The position numbers and the translations under genes are program-made. A DNA stretch of 64,000 bases from a bacterium (GTDB taxonomy: Bacteria > SM23-31). Position 1 is the stretch's first letter, and every line of letters starts with the position of its first letter. The stretch is from the NCBI GenBank assembly GCA_965249485.1, contig OZ252239.1, positions 992,001 through 1,056,000 of the forward strand, read 5' to 3'. The notes beneath the pieces are model-generated. The model saw only the letters and a program-made list of their open reading frames with translations, had not been told where the DNA came from and did not search any database. Positions 1-11,379 of the stretch are shown here, one piece after another.

Positions 1-498
1 CGCCACGGCAAGCCAATTGGAAAAATTTACCGCAATCGTTTTCGGGTCGCGTTCTGCGACAAATTCCGTTATCTCGTTATAGACCGAGAAATCTACATTC
101 CCGTAATCGTAACCTTCAATGGCGCGTGATACGTCGCGGGAACCGAGTACGTCAAGACTTGCAACAGCTCCGCTGCCGCCATCCAGTACGGCACCGCCAA
201 AAACGCCCGGAAACATAGCCCGCTCGATCCTGTCACCCAGATCGGTAAAAATCAGAAAACCGGACGTCGATCCGAATTCATACGCCAGTGGATCGAGGTC
301 CCCGTTACGGGTAACGTGAATCCACATGTCAACATTGTTGTCGCGCATTGCTCCCGGCAGGACAAGGTCAAGTTTTTCTTTTCTTATTTGGCGAAGAAGT
401 TCCCTGCCGGACTTTGACGTATGGACACCCGGCTGTGCGTAGGCTGCTGGTACTGCGAACATCGCGGCAATATAAAATACCAATACTCGAGCTATCAT
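1..498 (-). CDS. M24 (Xaa-Pro) peptidase-like paralogue, 5' part, runs off the window edge
   Basis: Hand translation from ATG 498: MIARVLVFYIAAMFAVPAAYAQPGVHT...KLDLVLPGAMRDNNVDMWIHVTR, same motif as the other paralogues; AAGGAG RBS upstream. Confidence 0.85.
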   Translation of the reverse strand, partial: MIARVLVFYIAAMFAVPAAYAQPGVHTSKSGRELLRQIRKEKLDLVLPGAMRDNNVDMWIHVTRNGDLDPLAYEFGSTSGFLIFTDLGDRIERAMFPGVFGGAVLDGGSGAVASLDVLGSRDVSRAIEGYDYGNVDFSVYNEITEFVAERDPKTIAVNFSNWLAVA

Positions 499-530
499 GA
501 CGTACTCCTTAAATGATTCGTGGTGGTAAT

Positions 531-596
531 ATAGTACGGTAAGCATTGTGCACTTACAAGTGTTTCCTGTTCCCCGGGCTGCGCAATTTGTGAACC
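531..596 (-). repeat. Cassette-boundary element copy (promoter + att-like arm)
   Basis: TTGTAA(559-554)-17bp-TACTAT(536-531); arm tccccgggctgcgcaatttgtgaacc. Confidence 0.8.
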
Positions 597-653
597 ATGA
601 GCATTGCACTAAACAAATAATTGATTACACCTCACCGGAACAATCGATAGAAA

Positions 654-3398
654 TTATTTATCGATCCAGTAGTCAGGAAGTATTACTGCATTTCGTGCAA
701 ATTCCTCGCCGTCATACGTGAGAGTTACCGTGTACTCTCCGGGCTGAACAGGAACAGCAATGAAATATTGATTTCCGCCGGATGCACGGTTGTAAGAAAC
801 ACGTTGGTAATCGTGTGAAATTTCTTCTTGATCTGTATAAAACACACTTTCATCCCGGCCCCGCTGCCATTGAGCTTTTTCATCTTCGGTTTGTTCTCTC
901 AGTTTTGTCATATTCCATTCCGCACTATTTAAGCCTTGATTGGTTGTACCTGTTATTTCGTTAATCACTCGTGCACCCTGGTAAATACGTATTATTACAT
1001 CGCTGTTCACCCTGTTATTCAAATAATAGTTCACAACGATTCCATATGGCTCATTCGGTCCGACAAAGTTTGAGGAACTGACAACGTTTTGGCTTGAGAT
1101 CACCCATTGTATTTTTGGTTCAATATCAAAGAGATAAACATCTTGTTCAAGGACATCCCCGGTGAGTTCCTGTAAGGGAGAAATATCGGTAATAAAAAAC
1201 CCTCTTCCGTGTGTTCCTACCACAAGATCGTTCTCGCGAGGATGAATAACAAGGTCATGTACCGGTTGCGTCGGCATGTTATTTTTCATTTTTGCCCAGC
1301 TCCTGCCACCGTCAATGGTAACATACACTGCTTTATCCGTTCCTAAAAAGAGCAGATTGGGATTTTTATGGTCTTCTCTAATGACATTGATGGGTTCATT
1401 TGGAAGGTTATTTGCAATTGATGTCCACGTTTCACCGAAATCTGTGGTTTTATACACAAATGGTCTGAAATCATCACTGCGGAGTCCCGTATACGCAACA
1501 TAAGCTGTTCCTGCCTCATGATGCGACGCGATGACCCTGCTTACCCGGTATCCGGGATTATCGGTTATACGATTATTCAGTTTTATCCATGTTGTGCCGC
1601 CGTCTTTGGAAAGTTGAACATTACCGTCATCGGTTCCCACCCAGAGGACTCCCTTCATTACCGGAGACTCGGCAATCGTTGTAATAGTGCAGTAATGAGC
1701 GTTGTCAAAATCCCCGATTTTCACCGGATCGTTCGTCGTGAGATCGGGGCTAACCTCTGTCCACATTTCACCCCTGAAGTCGGAACGAAGCAGAATGTTT
1801 GCCCCATGATAAATGACATCACTGTTATGCGGGGAGATCAAGATAGGGGAGTTCCAGTTGAATCGAAGGCTGCGGTCTTGTGCTATATACGCAGTCAGTT
1901 CTCCTCCTTTATACCGTATTCTCTTACTGCGTCCGGTCTTTTGATCTCTCCGTTGAATGCTGCCCCATTGCGACTCATTATACAACCAGCGACTATCGGT
2001 AGGATCCACCAAATTGTAGAATCCATCTCCACCGCCAACTTCCTCCCAGTCTTCGAATCGAATGGGAGTAGTGCCTTTTTTTGTGCTCGGCCCTTTCCAT
2101 GATCCGTTATCCTGCGTCCCTCCATAGACATTGTAGGGATACTCCATATCTACACCAATTGAATATAACTGGGCTAACGGAAGATTATCGGGATGATACC
2201 AGTTTTTTCCGTTATCGAAGGTAATTGCAAGTCCGTGATCATTGCCCAAAAGTACATGATCGGTATCGCGCGGATCGATCCATAGTGCGTGATAATCACT
2301 TTCATACATAAAACCCAAACCCCACGATTTTCCGCCATCGGTAGATTCCTGTATACTTCTGCTGATGACATAAATGCGGTCCTCATCATTCGGATCAACT
2401 CTGATTTGACCATAGTACGAACCACCGCCGATGATCTCTCCATCCGGACTAACCTGCCGCCATGTGCCTCCTCCATTATCAGTGCGGAATACGTTACTGA
2501 TATTTGTATTGTCAAATCTTCCACGGCGATGTGTGCCGTCGGAAATGATCGCATAGAGAATTTGAGGATTTTTGGGGAAAATAGTGAGGCCGATTCTTCC
2601 GATGGCACCGGAAGGTAGTCCACGTGTGAGTTTCAACCATGAATTTCCGCCGTTGGTTGTTTTATATATTCCACTTCCATTGCCGCTTTGCATGTAACTC
2701 CAGGGCGTACGTTCCCTGTCCCAGCTTGCTGCATAGAGTGTTTGAGAATCTTGAGGATCCATTACCACGTCTACCACACCCACGTATCTATCATCAACGG
2801 TCACCTCAAGCGTCTTTATCCATGTTTTGCCGCCATCAATTGTTTTATACAATCCTCGTTCCTGATTTTCAGAATAAAAGTGACCAAGCGCGGCAACATA
2901 GACAATATCGGGATTTTCCGGATGGATGATAATGCGGCCGATATGAAAAGAATCCCTTAATCCCATATTTTTCCACGTCATGCCTCCATCGGTAGACTTG
3001 TATACACCATCTCCCCAATATGGAATCCCGGGATCACTACTACTACCATTGGGTTCACCTGTACCTACCCAAACGATGTTTGGATCAGATTGGGATACTG
3101 CAATGTCACCAATAGATATTACATTCTCATTGTCAAATACAGGCTCAAAAGAATGACCATTATTACTAGTTTTCCACAATCCACCTGTTGCCGTTGCAGC
3201 ATAAAAGGTATACGGCTCCTGTAATGGCACGGCAAAATCGACAACTCTGCCGCCTTGACGAGTCGGGCCAATCGAACGGTATTCAAAATGTTGTAAGAAA
3301 TCCTGAGAAAGTTGTTGTCCGAATATATCGGATGTGCCAGAGAGGCACAATGGTAACAGTACAATATAGAACAAGGGGATTATTTTTTTACGTTCCAT
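654..3398 (-). CDS. Secreted VPS10/sortilin-like BNR (Asp-box) beta-propeller glycosyl hydrolase-like protein
   Basis: 914 aa, signal peptide, many SxDGGxTW boxes, RSIGP...GGRV start typical of this family. Confidence 0.85.
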   Translation of the reverse strand: MERKKIIPLFYIVLLPLCLSGTSDIFGQQLSQDFLQHFEYRSIGPTRQGGRVVDFAVPLQEPYTFYAATATGGLWKTSNNGHSFEPVFDNENVISIGDIAVSQSDPNIVWVGTGEPNGSSSDPGIPYWGDGVYKSTDGGMTWKNMGLRDSFHIGRIIIHPENPDIVYVAALGHFYSENQERGLYKTIDGGKTWIKTLEVTVDDRYVGVVDVVMDPQDSQTLYAASWDRERTPWSYMQSGNGSGIYKTTNGGNSWLKLTRGLPSGAIGRIGLTIFPKNPQILYAIISDGTHRRGRFDNTNISNVFRTDNGGGTWRQVSPDGEIIGGGSYYGQIRVDPNDEDRIYVISRSIQESTDGGKSWGLGFMYESDYHALWIDPRDTDHVLLGNDHGLAITFDNGKNWYHPDNLPLAQLYSIGVDMEYPYNVYGGTQDNGSWKGPSTKKGTTPIRFEDWEEVGGGDGFYNLVDPTDSRWLYNESQWGSIQRRDQKTGRSKRIRYKGGELTAYIAQDRSLRFNWNSPILISPHNSDVIYHGANILLRSDFRGEMWTEVSPDLTTNDPVKIGDFDNAHYCTITTIAESPVMKGVLWVGTDDGNVQLSKDGGTTWIKLNNRITDNPGYRVSRVIASHHEAGTAYVAYTGLRSDDFRPFVYKTTDFGETWTSIANNLPNEPINVIREDHKNPNLLFLGTDKAVYVTIDGGRSWAKMKNNMPTQPVHDLVIHPRENDLVVGTHGRGFFITDISPLQELTGDVLEQDVYLFDIEPKIQWVISSQNVVSSSNFVGPNEPYGIVVNYYLNNRVNSDVIIRIYQGARVINEITGTTNQGLNSAEWNMTKLREQTEDEKAQWQRGRDESVFYTDQEEISHDYQRVSYNRASGGNQYFIAVPVQPGEYTVTLTYDGEEFARNAVILPDYWIDK

Positions 3399-3433
3399 GA
3401 TTCATTCTCCATAGATAACATTTCGATGAGAAA

Positions 3434-3530
3434 CGTGTTGGTTGTCAGATAAATGCGGATTCATTGTGTTAATTAGTAAGGTATGTAATTTGCTTATACA
3501 ACTACTTTCTGCTCTCAGGAATGTACGATT
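3434..3530 (-). repeat. Cassette-boundary element copy (degenerate, near full)
   Basis: tgtcagataaatgcggat dyad; TTGTAT-17bp-TACTAA; arm ctctcaggaatgtacgatt. Confidence 0.7.
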
Positions 3531-3920
3531 ACTTATCAGATAAAACAGTATATTTTTCCTAAAATATTTTTCAGAACTTTTTACATACGGGCTTTGTAAT
3601 TTACGAGCCCTTGAAGTGGAAATAAATCGAGGTTAAGCTCTGGAAAACTCGAAGCTGTGATCCAATAATTATAAGCCAGTTAATTAAGTTTCAATTACCT
3701 TGAAAGACTTAGTAAAATTTAGAATAGTTATCACATTTATTTGTTAACACATTCGATTAATTTCAAGAATGAGATAATTGTATGACACCTCCTGAATCAT
3801 GCAGGTAAATTCTAATGCCAAAATTTGTAGTGTACATATATTTTGTATATATTATTATACATACCTAATTTGTTTAGAGCAAGATGTTATGGTGTACATC
3901 GAATTTAAAAGGAGAAAGTT

Positions 3921-5066
3921 GTGAATTTAAAACGCAGAGACTTTCTGAAAATTATGCCCCTTAGTGTATTATTGCAGGGTCTACCGGCAGATGTTAAATC
4001 AGACACAGTTCAAAATGGTCCTACAGCTATCCCTTTGCAATCTAGAGTGCGAAATACTCAGAATTCGAACCAAATTGATCAGATTTATAAAAACGCTATA
4101 ATAATAGATGCTTTGGTAATTACAAGCGATTGGAATGAAGAGTCATACGAGGCTGTAGAGCAGTCAGGTTATACCGGCATTCAAACTTCGCTACCTTCGG
4201 AAAATCTAGAAGTAGCTCTGAAAGCATTGACTGACTGGAACCAGCGTATACAAGATAATACAGACAAGCTCATGATGGCTATCTCTGCCGTGGATTTCGA
4301 ACGAGCGAAGCAGGAGGGTAGGATGGCCGTGATGTTTGGTTTTCAAAATGCAACAATGATCGAAAACTCCATCGACAATATTAATATTTTGTACCAAGCT
4401 GGTACTCGCTGTATTCAATTGACATACAACTCACGAAACCTTTTTGGAGATGGCTGCACTGAGCGGACGAACGCCGGGTTATCCGAGTTCGGTGTTGCTG
4501 CAGTCGAACGGATGAACCAAGTGGGTATCGTAGTAGATCTCTCCCACTGTGGTCATCAAACAACCTTAGATGGAATTCAATTCAGTAATCCCGGGGCATG
4601 TTTTACCCATACAATGTGTGAGACCCTGTACCCTAAACATCCCAGGGCGAAGACCGACGAGCAGATTAGAGCCATGGCCGAAAAAGGTGGGGTGATGGGA
4701 GTTATTGGGCTCGGCTACATGATAGGACCGGATCCCGGTGGGGAGACAACTATTGAAACATATGTTGACCATATCGACCATGCAGTGAAAATAGGAGGAA
4801 TAGACCACGTAGGATTGGCGGCAGATTTTGCTATTCAAGGAATTTCATCCAATGCGACGCGTGAAAATTGGTACGAGCCTCGTCTGATAAGATTTAAGCC
4901 GTCCTATGAAGTCCGTTGGCCACCGTGGATCCCTGAATTGGATACGCCTGACCGTTACAAAATTGTCGCCCGCACATTAGAGGAACGTGGCTATCGGTCC
5001 GAGGATATCGAGAAGATTTTAGGATTAAACTGGCTCCGGTACTTCCGCGAGGTGTTCAAAAGCTGA
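3921..5066 (+). CDS. Membrane dipeptidase (peptidase M19), Tat-exported
   Basis: RRDFLK Tat motif; QLTYN..N, VDLSH, DHIDH..GIDHVGL, KILGLNWLR motifs; GGAG RBS. Confidence 0.9.
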   Translation: MNLKRRDFLKIMPLSVLLQGLPADVKSDTVQNGPTAIPLQSRVRNTQNSNQIDQIYKNAIIIDALVITSDWNEESYEAVEQSGYTGIQTSLPSENLEVALKALTDWNQRIQDNTDKLMMAISAVDFERAKQEGRMAVMFGFQNATMIENSIDNINILYQAGTRCIQLTYNSRNLFGDGCTERTNAGLSEFGVAAVERMNQVGIVVDLSHCGHQTTLDGIQFSNPGACFTHTMCETLYPKHPRAKTDEQIRAMAEKGGVMGVIGLGYMIGPDPGGETTIETYVDHIDHAVKIGGIDHVGLAADFAIQGISSNATRENWYEPRLIRFKPSYEVRWPPWIPELDTPDRYKIVARTLEERGYRSEDIEKILGLNWLRYFREVFKS

Positions 5067-5148
5067 ATACCATGTAATAATATATTTAATTGTTGTCTAT
5101 ATAGCTAATTGTGATATTACAAAAAATAAGTTATAAGGAGAATACCCT

Positions 5149-5754
5149 ATGAAATTCAATTCTTTTTACACACGGTTAAAACCAAACTATAACTATACTA
5201 AATCAATAATCAGTTGTGTGATCTTGATACAGTTATTCTTCATAGGTTGCCAAAAACCATCAACACAGCAAGATGATGCTACAACCAATACGTTCAATGC
5301 TGAAGAAAAACTTGAGGAATTAGATATTACCTTGCCGCAGTCTCCGGAACCGGTTGCCAACTATGTCAATGCTGTCAGGACAGGCAATCTCTTATTTTTG
5401 GCAGGTAAAGGACCCAAACGTTCGGACGGTAGTGAAATCACAGGTAAGCTGGGTAGAAATCTCAATGTAGAGGAAGGTTATGAGGCAGCACGGTTGACGG
5501 CAATCAACCAGCTTGCAGTACTGAAAGCAACGTTGGGGGATTTGAATAAAGTGAAACGAATTGTAAAGGTTCTCGGAATGGTCAATTCAGATCCATCGTT
5601 TGTAGACCATTCGAAGGTGATCAATGGATTTTCGGATCTGATGGTGGCAGTGTTTGGAGATCGGGGACGGCATGCACGCGCGGCGGTGGGCATGGCATCT
5701 TTGCCGCGGGGTCAGGCAGTGGAAATTGAGATGATTGTAGAAGTCGAAAAGTAG
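5149..5754 (+). CDS. RidA/YjgF family protein with lipoprotein-type leader
   Basis: PVANYV, VKVLGMVNS, VINGFSDL, HARAAVG..LP..AVEIE; FIGC lipobox. Confidence 0.9.
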   Translation: MKFNSFYTRLKPNYNYTKSIISCVILIQLFFIGCQKPSTQQDDATTNTFNAEEKLEELDITLPQSPEPVANYVNAVRTGNLLFLAGKGPKRSDGSEITGKLGRNLNVEEGYEAARLTAINQLAVLKATLGDLNKVKRIVKVLGMVNSDPSFVDHSKVINGFSDLMVAVFGDRGRHARAAVGMASLPRGQAVEIEMIVEVEK

Positions 5755-6068
5755 GGATTTCGTGAACAGTATGCGAAATTATATTTGTTCCTTAATAATT
5801 ATTTTGTTAGGTTTTCAATATTGAATTTCGAATAGAATTCTAACAATAAATTCAACGCTTATCTATTTTTACATGCAAACTGCGGTCGCTTTTGGATACG
5901 TCATTATAGATTATTAGTACAAACCAATGCTGGAAACGGTATCCGAGGTGACAGTAATTTGTGTATCGTTTGAATGTTATGGATATTTGCACACTTCTGT
6001 TTAGTCCTTCCTGAATTCATAGCGTCTACTAATTTTTGTACATAAAAATAAATAATGAGGGAGCATTT

Positions 6069-7710
6069 ATGCAGTTCAAACGAGCATATATTTTAATTGC
6101 AATTATCTATTGTAGTATGTCTGCATTAGTCTTCTGTAGTCCTGTGAGCAATGAAGCAGGCGAAATCGGTTCCAGCAGTTATGATGACCTTGTTAATCTT
6201 TTCAAAGAGTTTCGTGAATTCCAAAAGCCAGAAGTTATTAATGGTGTGCCTGACTATACAAAAGAAGCAATGACAGAACGGTGGAACGGATTGTCAAAAT
6301 TCCAGAAACGTCTTACTGCAATTGATATAACCGAGTGGCCGGTATCACAGCAGGTCGATTACCATTTGGTACGCGCTGAGATGAATGGACTCGATTTCTT
6401 TCACCGGGTACTCCGGCCCTGGTCACGTGATCCCTATTTTTATCTTATGACTCAAGAGCTTGCCGGACCATCTAAATTACTTTTTCTCCGGTATTCAGAA
6501 CCTCCATTACCTTTATCTGCCGAAGGAGCAGCAGAGCTTCGGAGTACACTTCAATCGTTACCCAAGCTATACGAACAAGCAAAAATAAATCTTACGGAAG
6601 GATCGGAGGGTCTGGCGAATCTTGCCATCCATATTAATTGAGAAAGAAATTGCTAACTACAATGATCTTGCGACCCAGCTGTTAGAGCACCATCCAGATA
6701 TGATTCCATTCGTGAAGAAATCCATAACTGCCGTGGAAGACTATGGCAAATGGTTAGAGGAGAACAAAAGCAGAATGACTGCACCTATCGGCATAGGAAA
6801 AGAGAACTTTAACTGGTGGATGAAGAATGTTCAACTCTTTCCCTACACTTGGGATGAGCTATTGGCTATAGCACAGATAGATTATGAACGTGCGATAACA
6901 TTTCTAAAATTAGAGGAACACAAGCATCGAAATATTCCACTGCTTGAGCCGGTCACATCCGGAGCAGAATTTAACCGAAGAGACGACTATTTCCAGCGGT
7001 ACCTTATTCAATTCATCCGAGAAAAAGAAATTTTAACAGTTCCCGACTACCTGGTGCCATTCGAAAATCCTCCCAGGGCTGATTCCCCCGGTCAGCAGGG
7101 TGTCGGTACACGAGATTTTGTGGAGCAAATGAATGATCGTTTAACATTGAATGTCAGAAGCCACAACCTTATCGGTCACAGATTGGATACTTTGAGACAC
7201 ATGCGAGATAACCGTACAATCCGGGGAGCTGACCGCCTCTATACGATAGACATGATCCGTTATGGTGGACTTGCTTACAGCTTGGGATTAATTATGAATC
7301 ATACTGGAATATACAATGAATATCCAAGAGGCAGCGAACTCAACTTCATCGATCAGGCCTTCCGTGCTATACGTTCAATTGTAGACTTGAAGATGCACAG
7401 CAACGAATTTACCGTAGCTGAAGGACAGCAATATTTTATCGAAAATGTTCCATACGGATGGACCCTCCCAGATGACCAAGATGTATGGTTGGATACAGAA
7501 ATAACTCTAAGCATTCCAGGTTTCCATACGGGCATAAACGCGGGTAAAACCCAGTTCTTTTCACTATTTGCAAATCGAGCTGATCAACTTGGGGACCAAT
7601 TTATCTTAAAAGATTTTATAGATGAGTTCTTTGCGGCTGGAATGATACCTATGTCTCTCACGAAGTGGGAGATGACCGGTCTTACAAATGAGATTGAAAA
7701 ACTTTGGTAA
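6069..7710 (+). pseudogene. DUF885-like exported protein, frameshifted near 6635
   Basis: Overlapping ORFs 6036-6641 and 6622-7710 read as one protein (QQVDYHLVRAEMNGLDF..RPWSRDP; F.LKDF.DEF...G.IP); ATG 6069 follows a GAGG RBS. Confidence 0.7.
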
Positions 7711-8173
7711 TAATATGAAACTTTAATACACTACTCTGTTTCATACCAACTTTTAGTGACCAGGTGACAAAGCCATCTTCAGTACGAATTATAGATTAAC
7801 TGTTTATTGAACCGTCAATATCTATCGCACGTAATTCCAAGGTGCCTACTTTTTCGAATGTAAGGAGATCATGGTTTAGTCAGGAGAAATTTCAGGGTTA
7901 ATCTCATATCCGGGTCTATATAATTATTACTATTAAAAAACCCAACACACATTTGTCATTCAGTTTCTGAGAAACCGATGGAGCATCTGTGCACTCCAAA
8001 GAAGATGAATATGCATGGAAATTTGAATTCGTTTTTTTATATAGGGGCTTCATATATACAAAACAAGATAATAATTATATAGTAAGGTCAATATAGTATC
8101 AAAAATAGAGAATACCTTGATGTTTATAGAATTATTATTAACTTAATTATGCAATTTAAATATAATTTATGAC

Positions 8174-8941
8174 ATGAATATTTCGTTCAACAATAAAACC
8201 ATAATTGTCACGGGAGGGACATCAGGAATTGGAAAGGAATCTGCAATTCAATTTTTAGAATCCGGAGGCAAAGTAATTGTACTTGGAAGAAATAAATCCA
8301 AAATTTCAAAAGAATTAAAATCCAATCCAAGTAAATTATTTTATTTCAAATGTGATGTTTCAAAACACGATGAAATTAAAGCAACGTTCGCTATTTTAAA
8401 GACAAAATTTGGCACTATTGACGTATTAATCAACAATGCAGGAATACAAACATATGGAAATGTTATAAATACCGATGAAGAATTATGGGATCTTACAATG
8501 GATACAAATCTAAAAAGTATCTATTTATGTTCAAAGTATGTAATACCATTAATGAAGAAATCCATTCATCCAGTAATCATTAATGTTGGAAGTGCACAGG
8601 GATTTATTTCACAAAAAAACGTAACGGCTTATGCAACGAGTAAAGAAGCATTGCATGGTCTTACAAGATCAATAGCTATTAATTTTTCACCTAAAATCAG
8701 ATGTCTTGCTGTTTGCCCAGGAGCAGTTTATACACCTATGCTTGAAAAAGATTTAGAAAGCTTTGAAAATAAAGAGGCAATAATAGAAGAGACCAACAAT
8801 ATTCACCTTTTACAGAGAATTGCCAGACCAGATGAAATTGCTAACTTCATCACGTTTTTAGCTAGTGATAAAGCAAGTTTTGCAACGGGACATACCTATA
8901 GAGTGGATGGAGGTATAGGATTAAAAATAGAAGGATCTTAA
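8174..8941 (+). CDS. SDR family oxidoreductase
   Basis: TGGTSGIG, NNAG, YATSK motifs. Confidence 0.9.
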   Translation: MNISFNNKTIIVTGGTSGIGKESAIQFLESGGKVIVLGRNKSKISKELKSNPSKLFYFKCDVSKHDEIKATFAILKTKFGTIDVLINNAGIQTYGNVINTDEELWDLTMDTNLKSIYLCSKYVIPLMKKSIHPVIINVGSAQGFISQKNVTAYATSKEALHGLTRSIAINFSPKIRCLAVCPGAVYTPMLEKDLESFENKEAIIEETNNIHLLQRIARPDEIANFITFLASDKASFATGHTYRVDGGIGLKIEGS

Positions 8942-8942
8942 T

Positions 8943-9836
8943 ATGTCAATAAATATTAAGATTATCTGCAGTGAACTTCTTTTATGTGGAGAAGGTCCTA
9001 TATGGGTCCCGCAAAATCAAAAGTTATTTTGGACTGATAGCGACAGAACAAATATTCGTTGTTACAATGAAAATGATAGTAGTTGGGAAGTAATTAACGA
9101 TAGCATTAATGCAAGTTCATTAGCCTTGCACACAGATGACGGACTTATATTTGGTTGTAAAACAGGATTTTATCATTTAGATAAAAATGGCAATGTTGAA
9201 TCCATTGCTCAAGTATGTGAAAAAGAAAATATATCAAATATTAACGATATAATCGCTGATCCTTTAGGTAGAGTTTATGGAGGACAAGATAGTTTTGATC
9301 CCGAACAAGAATATGAAACAGGATATTTATATAAAATTAACCTTGATAGAAGCGTCTCTATTATTGAAGAAGGATTACACTTATCTAATGGTATGGGCTT
9401 TAGCCCAGATCTAGAGTCATTTTATTTAGTTGATACCATTCTACGAACTATTTATTTGTATGATTTTAACGTGACATCCGGAACAATTACTAACAAGAAA
9501 ATATTTGCAATTCTCGATAAGAATGAAGGATTACCAGATGGATTAACTGTAGATTCTGAAGGATATGTATGGGTTGCTAGATTTCTTGGAAATGGTTTAT
9601 CCAGATATGATCCTGATGGAAAAATAGAAAGAAAAATTGAGTTACCAATTGCTCAACCCACTTCATTGACGTTTGGAGGCAAAGATTATAATCATATTTA
9701 TGTTACTTCTGCTTCATTATATTGGGAAACAGACATGGCTCCAAATAATCATAACTACAAAATGCCGAGAGGTGGAGAATTAATAAAAATAGAGCAGAAT
9801 ATTATGGGAAAACCTGAATATTTAGCAAGAGTTTAA
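8943..9836 (+). CDS. SMP-30/gluconolactonase family sugar lactonase
   Basis: GEGPIW, ND, SNGMGFSPD, PDGLTVDSEG, PTSLTFGG. Confidence 0.9.
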   Translation: MSINIKIICSELLLCGEGPIWVPQNQKLFWTDSDRTNIRCYNENDSSWEVINDSINASSLALHTDDGLIFGCKTGFYHLDKNGNVESIAQVCEKENISNINDIIADPLGRVYGGQDSFDPEQEYETGYLYKINLDRSVSIIEEGLHLSNGMGFSPDLESFYLVDTILRTIYLYDFNVTSGTITNKKIFAILDKNEGLPDGLTVDSEGYVWVARFLGNGLSRYDPDGKIERKIELPIAQPTSLTFGGKDYNHIYVTSASLYWETDMAPNNHNYKMPRGGELIKIEQNIMGKPEYLARV

Positions 9837-9861
9837 TAATAAATAAATTAAATACAAAAGA

Positions 9862-11043
9862 ATGAAAATAACAGATATTGAATGTCATATTCTTGTAGTT
9901 CCGGATTTAAAGGAAGATGCAACTTCATCGTCTCAAGATAATATAGTTGTCATTATACATACTGACGAGGGTATTAGTGGCATAGGTGAAACAGATACTG
10001 GGCCATGGTTGGCGAAAGCAGCTATCGAAGCTCCAGGCAGTCACTCTATGGCAATGGGAATGAAAGATCTTTTAATTGGTCAAGACCCCTTTGATACAAC
10101 AGCAATTTGGGAAAAATTATATACGTATACGTGTATGAGTGGGAGAAGAGGTGCTGTAATATGTGCTATGGGAGCTATAGATATGGCGCTTTGGGATATT
10201 AAAGGAAAAACCTTAAACCTACCTGTATATAAATTACTCGGCGGAGCCCATAAAGATTATATAGAACCTTATGCTTCATTACAACCACATGGAAATACCG
10301 TTCAAGAATATGGAGATTCTTTGGTTAAATGGGCTAAAAAAGCGAAAGAGTATGGCTTTACGGCCGGTAAAATGGAATGTACATTAGGAGGTCCCTACAA
10401 CCATACAGGGCTAAAAGGCAGTGATCAAGATATGACCGACATTATTACGACTTGCCGCGATGTAGTTGGAAAAGATTTTATAATGATGGTCGATGTACAA
10501 TATTTGTGGTATGATGCAAAATCGGCTTTAAAGACTATATGTAATTGGGAACATCTCGATCTGTTTTTCTTGGAAACACCACTTCAAATTGACAACTTAG
10601 AAGGCTACGCAATTTTGGCTCAAGAAGCTCCAATGAGAATTGCAGCAGGAGAATGGCAAAATACACGTTTTGAATTTCTCGATTTAATGGATAAAGGTAA
10701 AATAGATGTTGTACAACCAGATATAGGCAGAGTTGGTGGAATTACAGAAGCTATCAGAGTATGTCATATGGCTCAAGATCGAGGTAGATTAATTGTTCCC
10801 CATTGTTGGAAAACGGGTATTGGAATTGCCGCCACTGCGCATGTGGCAGCCGTAACACCCAATTGTCCATTAATAGAGTTTTTGCCAGACGAACTTTGTG
10901 ATTCGGAATTAAGGGTCGAATTAGTAGAAGATCCTTTAACTATTGTTAATGGTAAAATAAAATTGCCAGAAAATCCAGGTTTAGGAATCAATTTAAATAT
11001 GGATGTAGTAGAAAAATATAAAGTAAAATCTAATATTAATTAA
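9862..11043 (+). CDS. Mandelate racemase/enolase-superfamily acid-sugar dehydratase
   Basis: GAIDMALWDIKGK, MVD, FLETP, AAGE, VVQPD..RVGG, PH, PGLG. Confidence 0.9.
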   Translation: MKITDIECHILVVPDLKEDATSSSQDNIVVIIHTDEGISGIGETDTGPWLAKAAIEAPGSHSMAMGMKDLLIGQDPFDTTAIWEKLYTYTCMSGRRGAVICAMGAIDMALWDIKGKTLNLPVYKLLGGAHKDYIEPYASLQPHGNTVQEYGDSLVKWAKKAKEYGFTAGKMECTLGGPYNHTGLKGSDQDMTDIITTCRDVVGKDFIMMVDVQYLWYDAKSALKTICNWEHLDLFFLETPLQIDNLEGYAILAQEAPMRIAAGEWQNTRFEFLDLMDKGKIDVVQPDIGRVGGITEAIRVCHMAQDRGRLIVPHCWKTGIGIAATAHVAAVTPNCPLIEFLPDELCDSELRVELVEDPLTIVNGKIKLPENPGLGINLNMDVVEKYKVKSNIN

Positions 11044-11379
11044 TACAATGCGAGTAAATAAATATCTATTACGTGGTTGTTTAGTTATTCAAACATATAC
11101 AGACAAGGGCAGGATTACTTTGTTAATTCAGCAAATGAAAAAATAAAAATTCATGTAAATGCCTCTGAAAATTTTGCCTTTGAAATTTCAATTCCTAATA
11201 ATATAGTTATCATTCCTTCATATATAGGTTTCAATACGTGCAGAGACTACCTGTATTTCTTAATTTCCAGTCCTATCTCTCCAACATGTTCTGATGATAA
11301 ACACGTACGGGCAACACAAATAAATAATTAAATAACATGATCTAGTGAGGTTTGGTTTAAATAAAATACTAATTATAGT

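Noticed and set aside
3588..3612. Hairpin gggctttgtaatttacgagccc as a terminator
   Set aside because: Lies between divergent gene starts with no U-tract; may be a decayed element arm.
11077..11331. 84-aa ORF inside the sugar operon
   Set aside because: TTG start, no RBS, no recognisable motif.
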